From: an uncultured delta proteobacterium
GTDB lineage: Bacteria > Desulfobacterota > Syntrophorhabdia > Syntrophorhabdales > WCHB1-27
DNA: 64,000 bases
Direction of reading: 5' to 3'
Assembly (NCBI GenBank): GCA_963821605.1
Contig: CAWGEZ010000059.1
Location: forward strand, 41,210 to 105,209
Position numbers and translations under genes: made by a program. This document shows positions 30,492 to 40,933 of this stretch, piece after piece. The notes under the pieces were generated by a model. The model worked only from the letters and a program-made list of their open reading frames with translations. It made no database searches and had not been told where the DNA came from. Position 1 is the stretch's first letter; each line of letters begins with the position of its first letter.

Positions 30492-31133
30492 GATCTCCCT
30501 CCTTAGTCTATTAACCTATGTCGCGGTCTCCTAAACTTTTCCGCATGAGCTTGGTCGGAACTTGTACGTCTCAATAAGGACGTCCCGGGCCGAACCTAGG
30601 TAGAACTTTGCGCAGATGCCACATTTGAGGATCATGCTTGGGGCTTTTCCCTGACTTCAAATGCTAGAATATGGAACATGGGTAGTCAAGGAGAATATGC
30701 TGGTTCACTATTCGGCAAATTTCGATTCTGCAAAGGCCGCCCCCGGGTTGACAGGTGGTTCCAGAAACCGGGAGCGGCTCAGGGTTTGAGGAGCACCGTG
30801 TTCGACTTTGGGTCCAGCTTACGCAAGGCCTTCGCTCCCGTTATGTCGAGGATGATAGCTTCCAGAACAAAAAAGTATTTGTCTGCTCTCCGAGACAGCC
30901 TACTTTCACGACATCTTGTTTAAGGTATAGGTAAGACCATCCATGATTGCATCTCCGCCTTCAAGCCCTGCTACAATGTATCTTCCCGCCTGACCAACCT
31001 GGTGTTTGATGCCCTCCGACTCCGTTACCCGATGAGAAATCGCGAGCCGCAGCCCGGGAACAATGATACCCGTTCGCAGGCCTTTCTGGAGACCCACGCG
31101 CACTCGAAGGTCGAAAAAAATCTAAAAAAAGTC

Positions 31134-31179
31134 TTGACAAGCGCGAGTAGATGTGTAGAAATAGAGATGTTCCGAACAT
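31134..31179 (+). promoter_or_regulatory. sigma70-like promoter with a palindromic operator candidate, upstream of the TetR gene
   Basis: TTGACA (31134-31139), 16-nt spacer, TAGAAAT (31156-31162), then the palindrome ATGTTC-c-GAACAT (31167-31179). Confidence 0.45.
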
Positions 31180-31214
31180 AAATACTACAAAACTCACTGT
31201 TTAGTCTCATATAT

Positions 31215-31877
31215 ATGAAATCAAAGCCGAATACTATTCGAAACTTACCCAACACGAATAGGGAATCAGAAAGAAAAAAACAGATATTGACCTCCGCCAT
31301 AAAGGTCATGGGCGAACGGGGCTTCCAGAATGCCACTATAGCCGAGATCGCAAAAAATGCCCAGGTGGGCGATGCGACAATATATGAGTATTTTAAGAGC
31401 AAGGAGGACCTGCTGCTTGCCATTCCTGTCGAGGTGACCAAAGATCTCATCCCGCAGATCGATGACCACATGATGGGCATCAAGGGGGCTTTTAATAAGC
31501 TTCGCAAGTTTATCTGGTGGTACCTGAACTTTTTCGAGAAGAATCCTGAATACGGCTCCATTGTACTTCTGGAGCTCAAGACAAGCAGAACCTACATCTC
31601 CACGGAGGCCTATCAGGCCGCGCGCACCTTCTATCAGGTTGTCCTGGATATCATTTTAGAGGGGCAGGAAGAAGGGACGATCGATAAGGAGATTGATGTA
31701 TATGTGGCCCGAAGCATCTGCGTCGGAGCCATTGAACATATGATCATTCGCTGGCTTCTCAAGGACAGAAAATATTCCGTGACCCAATATGCTGACCAGT
31801 TAATTGATCTTCTTATCAAAGCGCTTAAGACCGCGGATACAGGGGCGACAAGGGAGAAGCCCGCCACGGAAAAATAA
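31215..31877 (+). CDS. TetR/AcrR-family transcriptional regulator
   Basis: 220 aa. ILTSAIKVMGERGFQNATIAEIAKNAQVGDATIYEYFKSKEDLL is a TetR_N HTH. Confidence 0.9.
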   Translation: MKSKPNTIRNLPNTNRESERKKQILTSAIKVMGERGFQNATIAEIAKNAQVGDATIYEYFKSKEDLLLAIPVEVTKDLIPQIDDHMMGIKGAFNKLRKFIWWYLNFFEKNPEYGSIVLLELKTSRTYISTEAYQAARTFYQVVLDIILEGQEEGTIDKEIDVYVARSICVGAIEHMIIRWLLKDRKYSVTQYADQLIDLLIKALKTADTGATREKPATEK

Positions 31878-31901
31878 TTTGACCATCGAGGAGGGAAATC
31901 T

Positions 31902-32819
31902 ATGCGTCCGTCCTATTTCGCCGATCTAGAGGGTATTGCAGAGTTTGAGTACGTTGAGCCGAAGACCGTAAAAGAGGCTTGTTCCTTCCTCTCTCAGCAA
32001 AAAGATAAGGCAAAGGTTATCGCCGGCGGCACCCGGCTGCTCGAAGCCATGCGCGGCAGGGCAATAAGCCCCCAGTTCCTGATCAACCTCAAATCCGTGC
32101 CCAACCTCGATTATATCGCCTTCAGCGACGAGGAAGGTCTGAAGATCGGGGCATTGGCGACCCTCTTCGATGTAGGTCGTTCTCCTCTCGTTAATGATAA
32201 GGCTAAGATCCTCGCTGAGGCCATTCAGGACCGGGAAATAACGGCAAACAGGACGAGATGGGCTTATTATATGGCCACTCTCGGCGGGTCTCTTTCAGAC
32301 GCCGCCACTGCAGCCGATATCCTCCCCCCCTTAATTCTGTTCCGGGCCAAGGCCGTTATTGAAGGGCCTAAAGGATGGAAGACTACGTCTTTGGAAGAGC
32401 TTTTTGCCAGGAGCGGAGAGTGGTTGCTCCAGCAGGACGAGGTACTTGTTGAAATCCGGATACCCGCGCTGCCCCCGGAGATTGGCGTAATATACATAAA
32501 GAGTGCGGGGACGCCGCCTGCGCCCACGTTGAGGGCGGCCACACTGCTTAAACTCGATCCCAAGCACGTGGACACGGAGGACTTCAGAATCGTGGTAGGT
32601 GGGGTCGGCCCCACACCTGTCGAGCTGCGAAGGGCAGAAGAGGTCCTGATAGGAAAGGCGATCGATAACGATCTGATGGATGAGGCGATCGAGAAAGCGG
32701 CCGAGGAAGTAGGTGAAGGTGCAGAACCGGAGATCGCTGAACGAGCCAAAGACGTGATAGAAGAGGCGATACGGCAGGCCGTAGACCTGGCTATCGGAGA
32801 TTTTGCCCTTGGCTATTAG
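31902..32819 (+). CDS. CoxM-like FAD-subunit paralog with a degenerate second FAD motif
   Basis: 305 aa. VIAGGTRLLEAM is present, but ATLGGSLSDAATAADILPPL replaces the usual T-I/V-GGN-L...D motif. Acidic C-terminal tail. Confidence 0.75.
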   Translation: MRPSYFADLEGIAEFEYVEPKTVKEACSFLSQQKDKAKVIAGGTRLLEAMRGRAISPQFLINLKSVPNLDYIAFSDEEGLKIGALATLFDVGRSPLVNDKAKILAEAIQDREITANRTRWAYYMATLGGSLSDAATAADILPPLILFRAKAVIEGPKGWKTTSLEELFARSGEWLLQQDEVLVEIRIPALPPEIGVIYIKSAGTPPAPTLRAATLLKLDPKHVDTEDFRIVVGGVGPTPVELRRAEEVLIGKAIDNDLMDEAIEKAAEEVGEGAEPEIAERAKDVIEEAIRQAVDLAIGDFALGY

Positions 32820-32851
32820 GGTTACATTATTCCAAGAAAGGGAGCGGAAGC

Positions 32852-33055
32852 ATGAAGTGCTTGTATGGTAGACAGGAATGCATGTTTCTCAAGAAAAACA
32901 AATGCCCGAGAGAGAACGAGTGTCAGTTCGCGGGCGAAGTTAAAACTAAGCAAAAACAAAAAATGAAGAAAGGAGGGGCGGCATCAGGTCATGGTAATTC
33001 AGGAGAAATTTTTGGTCAAGGCACCGATCAAACAGGTGTGGCAGTTCGCGATTGA
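32852..33055 (+). CDS. candidate small Cys-rich ORF (hypothetical); overlaps the coxG start out of frame
   Basis: AAAGGGAG precedes ATG 32852. MKCLYGRQECMFLKKNKCPRENECQFAGEVKTKQKQKMKKGG has 4 Cys in the first 24 residues, then a Lys-rich tail. No homolog recognised and the end point is doubtful. Confidence 0.2.
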   Translation: MKCLYGRQECMFLKKNKCPRENECQFAGEVKTKQKQKMKKGGAASGHGNSGEIFGQGTDQTGVAVRD

Positions 33056-33455
33056 CCCTGAACAGATCGGGCAATGTGTTCCGGGTTGCGAAAAGATCGA
33101 AAAGATTGACGAGAGGACGTATCTTACGATCATTCGGGCTGGAGTTGGACCTATCAAAGTCCGGTTCAAGTTTACCTCCACGTTGACTGAGATAGATGAG
33201 CCGAGGCACATCCATCTTGAATCCAGGGGGGAAGACACGGGCAAAGCCGGGAGCTTCACACAGACGAGCGACATCGACTTCAAGGAGGTCGCTGACGGGC
33301 AGGTCGAGATCTCCTATTTGTCAAACATCAACATTGTGGGCAGGCTGGCCACGTTCGGCGAGCGGATTATGAGGGCTCAGGCGAAAAAGATCGGAGAAGA
33401 ATTCATGCAATCTTTCAAAGAGAAAATAGAGGCTAAAAAGGAGATATCGTCATGA
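32991..33455 (+). CDS. coxG: CoxG / SRPBCC-family protein
   Basis: 154 aa. APIKQVWQFAIDPEQIGQCVPGCEKIEKIDERTY...VGPIKVRFKF...IVGRLATFGERIMRAQAKKIGEEF is colinear with CoxG proteins. Confidence 0.85.
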   Translation: MVIQEKFLVKAPIKQVWQFAIDPEQIGQCVPGCEKIEKIDERTYLTIIRAGVGPIKVRFKFTSTLTEIDEPRHIHLESRGEDTGKAGSFTQTSDIDFKEVADGQVEISYLSNINIVGRLATFGERIMRAQAKKIGEEFMQSFKEKIEAKKEISS

Positions 33456-34324
33456 TAGACTTTGAATATATTTCGGCCAAGACGCTTCAGGACGCGTGTT
33501 CGCTGATTTCTCAGTACAAAGATGAGGGCAAGGTACTTGCGGGCGGTCAGTCTTTGATCACCCTCCTCAGGCAGAAGTTAATCGCCCCTGCGTGTCTGGT
33601 CGACATAAAAGGAGTACCTGAGCTGGACTACATGCGGTATGACGAGAAGAAAGGCCTTGTGATGGGATCTCTTACGACTCATCGGGCCATCGAGAGATCC
33701 TCTGTTATCCAGGGGAAATACCCGGTACTTTCCGAGATGGAGAAGAGCGTTGCCTCTGTACAAACGAGAAACTGGGGCACCATCGGTGGCAACCTCTGCA
33801 GCGCGGACCCCATAGGGGATGCCGCACCCACACTGCTGGCCTTGAGCGCTCAGATAAAGATGGTCAGCGTGAGAGGGGAGAGGATGCTGCCCCTTGAAGA
33901 TTTTTTCACCGATTATTTTACCACGGTGCTCGAGCCTGACGAGATACTGGCGGAGATCCAGCTGCCTGCGCCTGCCGCTCAGACAGGGGTGGTTTACATG
34001 AAATTCAGCACCATTGAGGCGGGCATAAAGGTCGTTTCCGCGTCCGTGTTGATTACACTCGATGCGGGCAAGAAAACTTGCAAAGATGCCAGGATTGTTA
34101 TGAGCGCGGTGGCGCCGATTCCTTTCATCGCGAAGAAGGCCGGGGAGCATCTCATAGGAAAGAGTCTCAACGACCAGCTGATTGCAGAGGCAGCGGAGCT
34201 GGCCGCAGAGGAGACGAGTCCCAGCTCCGATGTCCACGCATCGGCCGAATACAGAAGGGAAATCGCCAAAGTCATCACGCGGCGTGCAACTAAAGAAGCC
34301 TTTGAGAAGGCGAAAGCGGCTTAA
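33452..34324 (+). CDS. FAD-binding subunit (CoxM type) of an XDH-family enzyme
   Basis: 290 aa. VLAGGQSLITLLRQ, WGTIGGNLCSADPIGDAAPTLLAL and SDVHASAEYRREIAKV. Confidence 0.88.
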   Translation: MIDFEYISAKTLQDACSLISQYKDEGKVLAGGQSLITLLRQKLIAPACLVDIKGVPELDYMRYDEKKGLVMGSLTTHRAIERSSVIQGKYPVLSEMEKSVASVQTRNWGTIGGNLCSADPIGDAAPTLLALSAQIKMVSVRGERMLPLEDFFTDYFTTVLEPDEILAEIQLPAPAAQTGVVYMKFSTIEAGIKVVSASVLITLDAGKKTCKDARIVMSAVAPIPFIAKKAGEHLIGKSLNDQLIAEAAELAAEETSPSSDVHASAEYRREIAKVITRRATKEAFEKAKAA

Positions 34325-34350
34325 CTTCCATCAAGGAGGGAGGTTCAATT

Positions 34351-34836
34351 ATGGAGATCACAAAAAAGATTTTGAAGGTGACGGTTAATGGGAGGCCTTA
34401 CGAGTTACTAGTGAAGCCCAAGACAACTTTGCTTCAGCTTCTTAGAAACGAGCTGGGGCTTACAGGGACCAAACAGGCCTGCATGGACAATTCCTGCGGG
34501 GCGTGTACGGTCATTATCGACAAGATGGCTGTCAAGGCCTGTTCCGTATTGGCGATGCAGGTGAACGGAAAACAGGTTACAACGGTGGAAGGACTCGCGA
34601 AAGATGGCGTGCTGACCCCTCTGCAGGACGCATTCCTGAGACATTCGGCCTTTCAGTGCGGGTTCTGTACGCCAGGGAAGCTCATGTCAGCCACCGCCAT
34701 GCTCCAGGAGACTCCTCATCCCAACGAAGAAGAGATCAGACGGGACATGGAAGGAAACCTGTGCCGCTGCACGGGCTACAAACAATACATTGAGGCGATC
34801 ACGGAGGTAGCACAGAAGAAGGAGGTATCCAAATGA
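34351..34836 (+). CDS. [2Fe-2S] small subunit of an XDH-family enzyme
   Basis: 161 aa. ACMDNSCGACTVIIDKMAVKAC, QCGFCTPGKLMSATAML and GNLCRCTGYKQYIEAI. Confidence 0.92.
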   Translation: MEITKKILKVTVNGRPYELLVKPKTTLLQLLRNELGLTGTKQACMDNSCGACTVIIDKMAVKACSVLAMQVNGKQVTTVEGLAKDGVLTPLQDAFLRHSAFQCGFCTPGKLMSATAMLQETPHPNEEEIRRDMEGNLCRCTGYKQYIEAITEVAQKKEVSK

Positions 34837-37192
34837 CAGAATACTCTGTAATCGGCAAACCATTGCCCCGGGTGGATGGCTTAAAAAACTATCCGGACAG
34901 GCCAAGTACACCGTTGACATTGTATTGCCCGATATGCTGTATGCAAAGATCTTGAGAAGCCCCCACCCACATGCGCGCATCTTGAGCATCGACACCAGTA
35001 AGGCGGAGGCGCTTCCCGGCGTGGTGGCTGTTATTACCGGGAAGGATACGCAGGGGATTCGGTATGGCTTTGTGGACACCCCGAGCTTCCCGGCGGAAGA
35101 GCGCCCGATGGCTGAGGAGAAGGTGCGTTTTGTCGGCGAGTCAGTGGTGGCTGTTGCGGCTGTCGACCCTGATACAGCGGAAGATGCACTCGATCTTATC
35201 GAGGTAGAGTACGATCCCCTTCCCGGCGTATTCGACCCTGAAGAGGCGATGAAGGATGGCGCGCCCCAGATCCACGGCGAGATCACCCGCACCACGTCCT
35301 GTGCGTGGGAAGACTGGGGGGTAGCCAGAAAATCTCACTCTTATACACCGATAAACAACGTGGCGGGCAAGGTGGAATTTTCCTATGGTGACCTCAGCAA
35401 GGGGTTTGCCGAAGCTGACTATGTGCGCGAGGACCGCTTTAAGAGTCCTGCCACCTCCCATATGGCCATGGAGCCCCATACCATCGTGGCGAGCTATGAT
35501 GCCCTGTCCGGAAAGCTTGATGTCTGGCTGAACCACATGGCTTACGAGATCAAAAGGTACTGGCTGGCGAAGACGCTCGGCATGGCCAACGAGAAGATCA
35601 GAGTCCACCAGACTTACGTTGGTGGTGCCTTCGGCGGGAAGGCCGTTATATTTGATTTCGAAGTCATCGCCTCGTTCCTCTCGCGGAAACTCGGCCGGCC
35701 CGTAAAACTGGAGCTCACGAGGGAAGAGGTCTTCAGCACCTGCCGGAACAGCATACGCTTTGACACGACCCTCAAGACGGGCGTGAAGAAGGACGGGACG
35801 ATCGTTGCGCAGCACGCAAAAATTATCGTCGACGCAGGTGCCTATAAAGGCAGCTCAGCGGTCGCCATGTACCTGAGTCATGCCTTCAACGATTCGTGCT
35901 TCATCCGCCAGAACGTGCTGCACGAGGGAACCGCCGTCTACACCAACAAGAACTTCGGCTTCGCGAAAAGAGGTCATGGCTCGCCTCAAATGCGTTTTGC
36001 CTTTGACTCGCAGGTCGACATGATATGTGAGCATCTGGACCTCGACCCCGTGGATTTCATGTTGAAGAACTGCAGAAAACGGGGAGACGTTCTCCCAAAC
36101 GGTGACAGGCTGGACAGTTACGGTCTTCCGAAGTGCATCGAAGGGGTGGCAACGGCTATAGGGTGGAAAGAGAAGAGAGGTAAGCAGAAGGAGAAGAACC
36201 GGGGCATGGGCATCGGCGTGAATGGGATGTTCAGCGGCTCAGGGTACTGGCCCTTTGCCTGCAGCGCCATTGTCAGGCTCAATCACAACGGCACGGTCAC
36301 CTTGATGGAAGGCGATGTCGAGTTTGGCCAGGGCGCCGATACGGCCTATTCTCAGATAGTCGCCGAAGCATTGGGGCTGCCGCTGGAAGACGTCACCCTG
36401 GTGGCTGGCGATTCCGAGCTCTGCCCGCTCAACTACAGCAACTTCCTGAGCGGTGGGCTTTTCGTGGGCGGCGGCGCGTGCTACAACGCAGCTCTCGATC
36501 TCCGGAACAAGATCCTTAAAGCTGGTAGCGAATTCTTCAAGCAAAAGCCGGAAGACCTCGATATGAAAAACCGCGTTGTCTTCATCAAAGCTAAACCGGA
36601 GAAGTCGGTCCCTTTCGGAGATCTGCTGCGCTTCAATATCCAGAAGCACCTCGGCGATGCGATGATCGGCGTGGGCTACAAAAAGGCGGTACCCGAAATA
36701 GAGTTTTACCCGAGCCTCTCAAAAGGAACGGGAAGATTCACGGACGCATACAGTTATGCGGCAGCCGCTGCTGAAGTGGAAGTGGACGTGGAGACAGGGC
36801 GGGTAAAAGTGCTCAAGCTGGCCATGGCCGATGACTGCGGTAACAGGATCAACTCGGCTGCGGTCGAGGGACAGATGGCGAGCCAGGCCGTGATGGGCAT
36901 GGGTGATGCCCTCCTGGAAGAGGTGATAGATGAGCACGGTCGCGTCATTAATCCTACGCTGGTCGACTATGAGATCCCGCGAGCCTTCGACGTGCCCGAA
37001 ATAATCCTGGTGGACGGGTGTGACTGGGAGCCCAAAGGTCCTTATGGAGGTAAAGAGGCTGGTGAAGTCGCCCGGGCGGCTGTGATTCCGGCTATAGCCA
37101 ATGCCATCCATGATGCGGTGGGCGTAAGGCTTTACAAGGTGCCCATCACTCCGGAGAAATTACTGAACGCACTAAAGAATAAAGGAAAGTGA
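34833..37192 (+). CDS. molybdopterin-binding large subunit of an XDH-family enzyme; one frame switch in the A6 run at 34883-34888
   Basis: ATG 34833 overlaps the upstream stop (ATGA). MTEYSVIGKPLPRVDGLKK then ORF 34925-37192: ILRSPHPHARILSIDTSKAEALPGV, VGGAFGGKAV, KRGHGSPQMRFAFDSQ, EFGQGADTAYSQIVAEAL and ADDCGNRINSAAVEGQ. Confidence 0.9.
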
Positions 37193-37204
37193 GATTGCTT
37201 TCGA

Positions 37205-37235
37205 CCTTCCTGCCTTTCTTTGCGGGGCAGGAAGG
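37205..37235 (+). other. perfect 10-bp GC-rich hairpin between the Mo subunit and the moaD-like gene (no T-tract)
   Basis: CCTTCCTGCC (37205-37214) pairs with GGCAGGAAGG (37226-37235), 11-nt loop. Confidence 0.5.
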
Positions 37236-37267
37236 CCGAGCCAGATTTGCAAATGGGAGTTTGAACA

Positions 37268-37525
37268 ATGTTGGTTAAGGTGAAGACAAATTTTGCAGGG
37301 CAGCAAGAAGTAGAGTTAGGGACGCCCACGCTGAAAGGGGTGCTTCTCGAGTTATCAAAAAAAAGTCAGATTTCTTTTTTCAGCGGCAAAGATGAAGAAG
37401 TGCGGAGTGATTTCAAAGTTTATTTGAACGAGACCGAATATGAAGAGCTGCCCGGAGGGATCGATACAGAAGTAAAGGAAGGAGATCATCTGGAAGTAAA
37501 CCTTCTCATAATGGCCGGCGGATAA
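37268..37525 (+). CDS. MoaD/ThiS-like ubiquitin-fold protein ending in Gly-Gly
   Basis: 85 aa, ...KEGDHLEVNLLIMAGG*. Size, C-terminal GG and the D/E-x-hydrophobic pattern before it fit beta-grasp sulfur carriers. GGGAG RBS. Confidence 0.65.
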   Translation: MLVKVKTNFAGQQEVELGTPTLKGVLLELSKKSQISFFSGKDEEVRSDFKVYLNETEYEELPGGIDTEVKEGDHLEVNLLIMAGG

Positions 37526-37782
37526 AGGAGACATGAAATAAGGGCTGCGTCAAGGACCGGCCCCAGAGCTACCTAACGAACTGCGAACCACAGAGAGTCT
37601 ATGGGCATCATAGGAATAGTTGCTATTTCTCCCGGAAGAAGATTCCGACGGTCTACGAAGAATAGTAGGCCGCATCCGGTTTTCGGCAAAAAAGAAACAA
37701 CTGATCGGCGTCGATGCCCCGCGTCTCGTAGGGAGCGAGGTATCGAGGCACCAAAGGTTGCGCGACAGAAGAGGAGGTTAGA

Positions 37783-39430
37783 ATGCCGGTGGAAGGATAC
37801 GTGCCGTTCAGGCCAGAGAAGACGTAGAGCGCTATCTCAAGAACCGTTGGTGGCTTGACTTCACATGGGGCGACATATTCAACAAGGCCACCGAGCTCTA
37901 TCCGGATAAGGAGGCTCTTGTCGATGATGTGGCCCGCTTCACTTACAGGGAACTCCGCGAGAAGGTCGACAGGCTGGCGGTCAGCTTCATCGACCTTGGG
38001 ATAAAGCCGCGCGATTTTGTCATGCTGCAACTGCCGAACTGGCACGAGTTCATATTCTCATTCTTTGCGCTCCAGAAGGTGGGTGCAATCGTTGTGCTGC
38101 TCATCGCGCGCCACGGCCTTGCTGAAATAAGCTACCTTGCAAGCCTTAGCAGCCCTGTGGCGTGGATAGGACCTGATCATTATAAGAACACGGACTATCT
38201 GGAAATCCTGGAAAAAGTCAGGGAGACGAGCAGGGGGTTGAAACACCTCATTTCAGTGAGGGCGCCCGAGAACAAAGCGTTCATCCGCCTTGAGGATCTG
38301 ATAGAGGCGGGCAGGCTGACGACGGCGACTAAAGCAGCCCTGGCAGCCAGGCGGCCCGATCCTATGGAGATGGCGATCATCATTCCTACGGGTGGCACGA
38401 CAGGCACGCCGAAAGCGGTTCCCCGGGCGCACAACGATTACATTACCAGTGTGGAGCATCACAACGCCCGCTGGGACATAAATAGAACGGATGTGATATT
38501 GACCGTTGCCCCGGTCAGTCATGGCCAGGGGATGCAGATGGGCGTCGGCGGTAGTTTTTACCATCAAGCAAAGTTCGTGCTCTGTGATTCCACGCAGCCT
38601 GAGGATATCTGCCGCGTCATAGAGCGTGAGAAAGTGACTGCATTTCCAACGGTTCCCGCCGTTGTACAGAGGATCGTCACCTTCGATCGCCTGAAAGAGT
38701 TCGATATACGCTCGCTCAAGAAGATTTATTCAGGCGGGGCACCGAGTAGCCCGGAGCTTGTAAGAAGTGTGTATGCGGTTCTCGGCTGCAAATTCGCAAA
38801 TGCGCTTGGATCGTCTGAGGGCTCCGGGGCCATGACGCCCCTGGATGCCGACATAGAGACCACGTGCTTCACCGTGGGCAGGAAGGACTGCCCCTACACT
38901 GACTTCAGTATCCTCGACCAGTACGGACAGGAACTGCCGCCCAACAAAGAGGGGGAGCTCTGCACGAAAGGCCCGACGATCTTTACGGGCTACTTCAAAT
39001 CACCCGAGGAGAATGCAGGCACCTTCACCAATGAAGGTTTCTTCAAGACCGGGGACCTGGCAAGGATCGACGAATCGGGCATAATCACCATCACCGGGAG
39101 GATCAAGGAGACCATCCTCCGCGGCGGGGAAACCATCAGCGCCGTGGGGATAGAGCGGCTCCTCGGCTCTCATCCGGCCGTAGCCGAGGTGGCTGTCATC
39201 GGCATGCCGGACAAGCAGTTTGGCGAGCGCATATGCGCGTACGTGCAGTGTAAGCCAGGCATGACGCTGGCTTCGAGGAGATGATCGCCCACCTCAAGAG
39301 TGTTGGGGCGTCAGTAATGCAGCTGCCTGAGCGGCTGGAGTTGATCGAGAGCATGCCATTGACGAAGGTTGGCAAGCGGGACAAGAAGGCGCTCAAGGAG
39401 GATATCAGCACGAAATTAGGGTTTGAGTAA
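37783..39430 (+). CDS. aryl-acid adenylating enzyme / CoA ligase (EntE-DhbE-like ANL family); frame switches near 37816 and 39270
   Basis: GAGGAGG then ATG 37783. ERYLKNRWWLDFTWGDIF, VMLQLPNWHEFIFSFFALQKVGA, IIPTGGTTGTPKAVPRAHNDY, FKTGDLARIDESGIITITGRIKE, reconstructed tail ...LPERLELIESMPLTKVGKRDKKAL. Confidence 0.88.
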
Positions 39431-39646
39431 GTAAGACGTGGCGCAACAATGACTGGGTTGAGAGGTGCGAAATAGACCAATTATTTGCTTGACAACCAGG
39501 GATGAGCCGGATAAAAGGAATCAGAGACAGGAGTACCCGAGATGTGGTCATCCGTGTTGTCTCAAGGTTCATTGGTAAACATGAGGAAAGGAGGATGTAG
39601 CAGAGGCAGGAATTCATAGACAACGGAACAAAAAAAGGGGGTTCTC

Positions 39647-40826
39647 ATGAAGAGAAAGATCGTAAGTCTCATAGCCATTTGTCTGGTAGCGACATCCTTT
39701 ACACTATCGGCGGGGAATTTCCCTTTATCCGGCATCAGGCGCGGAGCTCAAAATAGGTCTCTTGATGCCTATGACCGGATATGTCGCGTTTTTTGGGGGA
39801 ATGCAGGAGGCAAGCCTCAGGCTGGCCCAGAAAGAGTTTGCAAAGCTGGGCCCGAGTGGGGGATTTGATCTGAAATTTATCGTTTATGATACCGGCGCAA
39901 AGCCCCAGGACGCAATCCTCATGGCACAGAAACTGATGCACACCGATAAGGTTCTGGCTATTATCGGCCCTTACCTGAGTACTGAGTGCGAGCAGGTCTT
40001 CCCGGTAGTGAACCGGGACAAGGTTCCTATCATCACCGCCTCCTCGGCAAAGGCCGGCTTGACCACCTCCAACAGGCCCTGGACCTTCCGCAACATCATG
40101 ACGAGCGACAAGATCAATGAGCCTGCCATCCGGGCATGGGTCAAACAGAAGAATATCAAGACGGTCGCGATCCTGACCGACATCAAATCTAAGGTGAGCG
40201 AGACCTACGGTAAAGACGTGGCCCCGACCCTTCTCAAGAAATACGGGGTCCGGATCGTAGAGGATATCGACTTCGTCACTGAAGATGTCGACTTCAGCGC
40301 TCAGATCACAAAAGTGAAGCGGTCCAATCCTGACGGCATAGTTCTGGCTGGAGAGTATTCCCTCGCGGCCAACATTGCCCGGGAGGCAAGAAAGCAAGGC
40401 CTGAAACAAGCTTTGATTACGGATGTTCCGACTGTAACGCCGGAATACATCAAGCTTGGCGGGGACGCTGTTGATGGCACATTCGGCCCTTCCGACTTCT
40501 GGGCCGGGAATCCGGGACCGAAAGTCCAGTCCTTTGTCAAGAAATTCAAAGCGGAGTATGGCCAGGACAAAGATCCCCACGCCACAACGGCCGCCATATA
40601 CGATACGCTTTATATCAATCGCTATCTCGTGGGCAAGCTGGGGCTTTCCGGCAAAGCCGAGGACCTTCAGAAGGACCGGGAGAAGATCAGGGACGGATGG
40701 GCGAGCTTGAAAGACTATCCGGCCGAGGTCGGGGGCAAAACGACCATTGACAAGAACGGGGATGCCTGGAAAGATTACTACACGCTTGTTGTCAAAGGCG
40801 GCCGCTGGGTTAAAGCGCCGGAATAA
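39647..40826 (+). CDS. livK: LIV-type (PBP type I) ABC substrate-binding protein; frame switch near 39735
   Basis: Signal peptide MKRKIVSLIAICLVATSFTLSA, then ORF 39762-40826: MTGYVAFFGGMQEASLRLAQKEF, VLAIIGPYLSTECEQVFPV. Sits next to livHMGF. Confidence 0.85.
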
Positions 40827-40933
40827 AGAGTCGCGGATAGCGGGTGATTCATGCCCCGTTATCAGAGCAGACGAATCCGCGGGAGTGGGGCGCGCGAAGC
40901 CTGCCTCACTCCTCCCACATATAGGGGTCAGAC

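Noticed and set aside
30678-30923. 81-aa plus-strand ORF in the gap upstream of the TetR gene.
   Set aside because: It has an Arg/Ser-rich low-complexity composition, no RBS and no recognisable motif.
37601-37858. 85-aa plus-strand ORF in the leader of the CoA-ligase gene.
   Set aside because: It is extremely Arg-rich (RRFRRSTKNSR..., QRRRRAL) and overlaps the real ligase start at 37783. It is most likely non-coding leader sequence.
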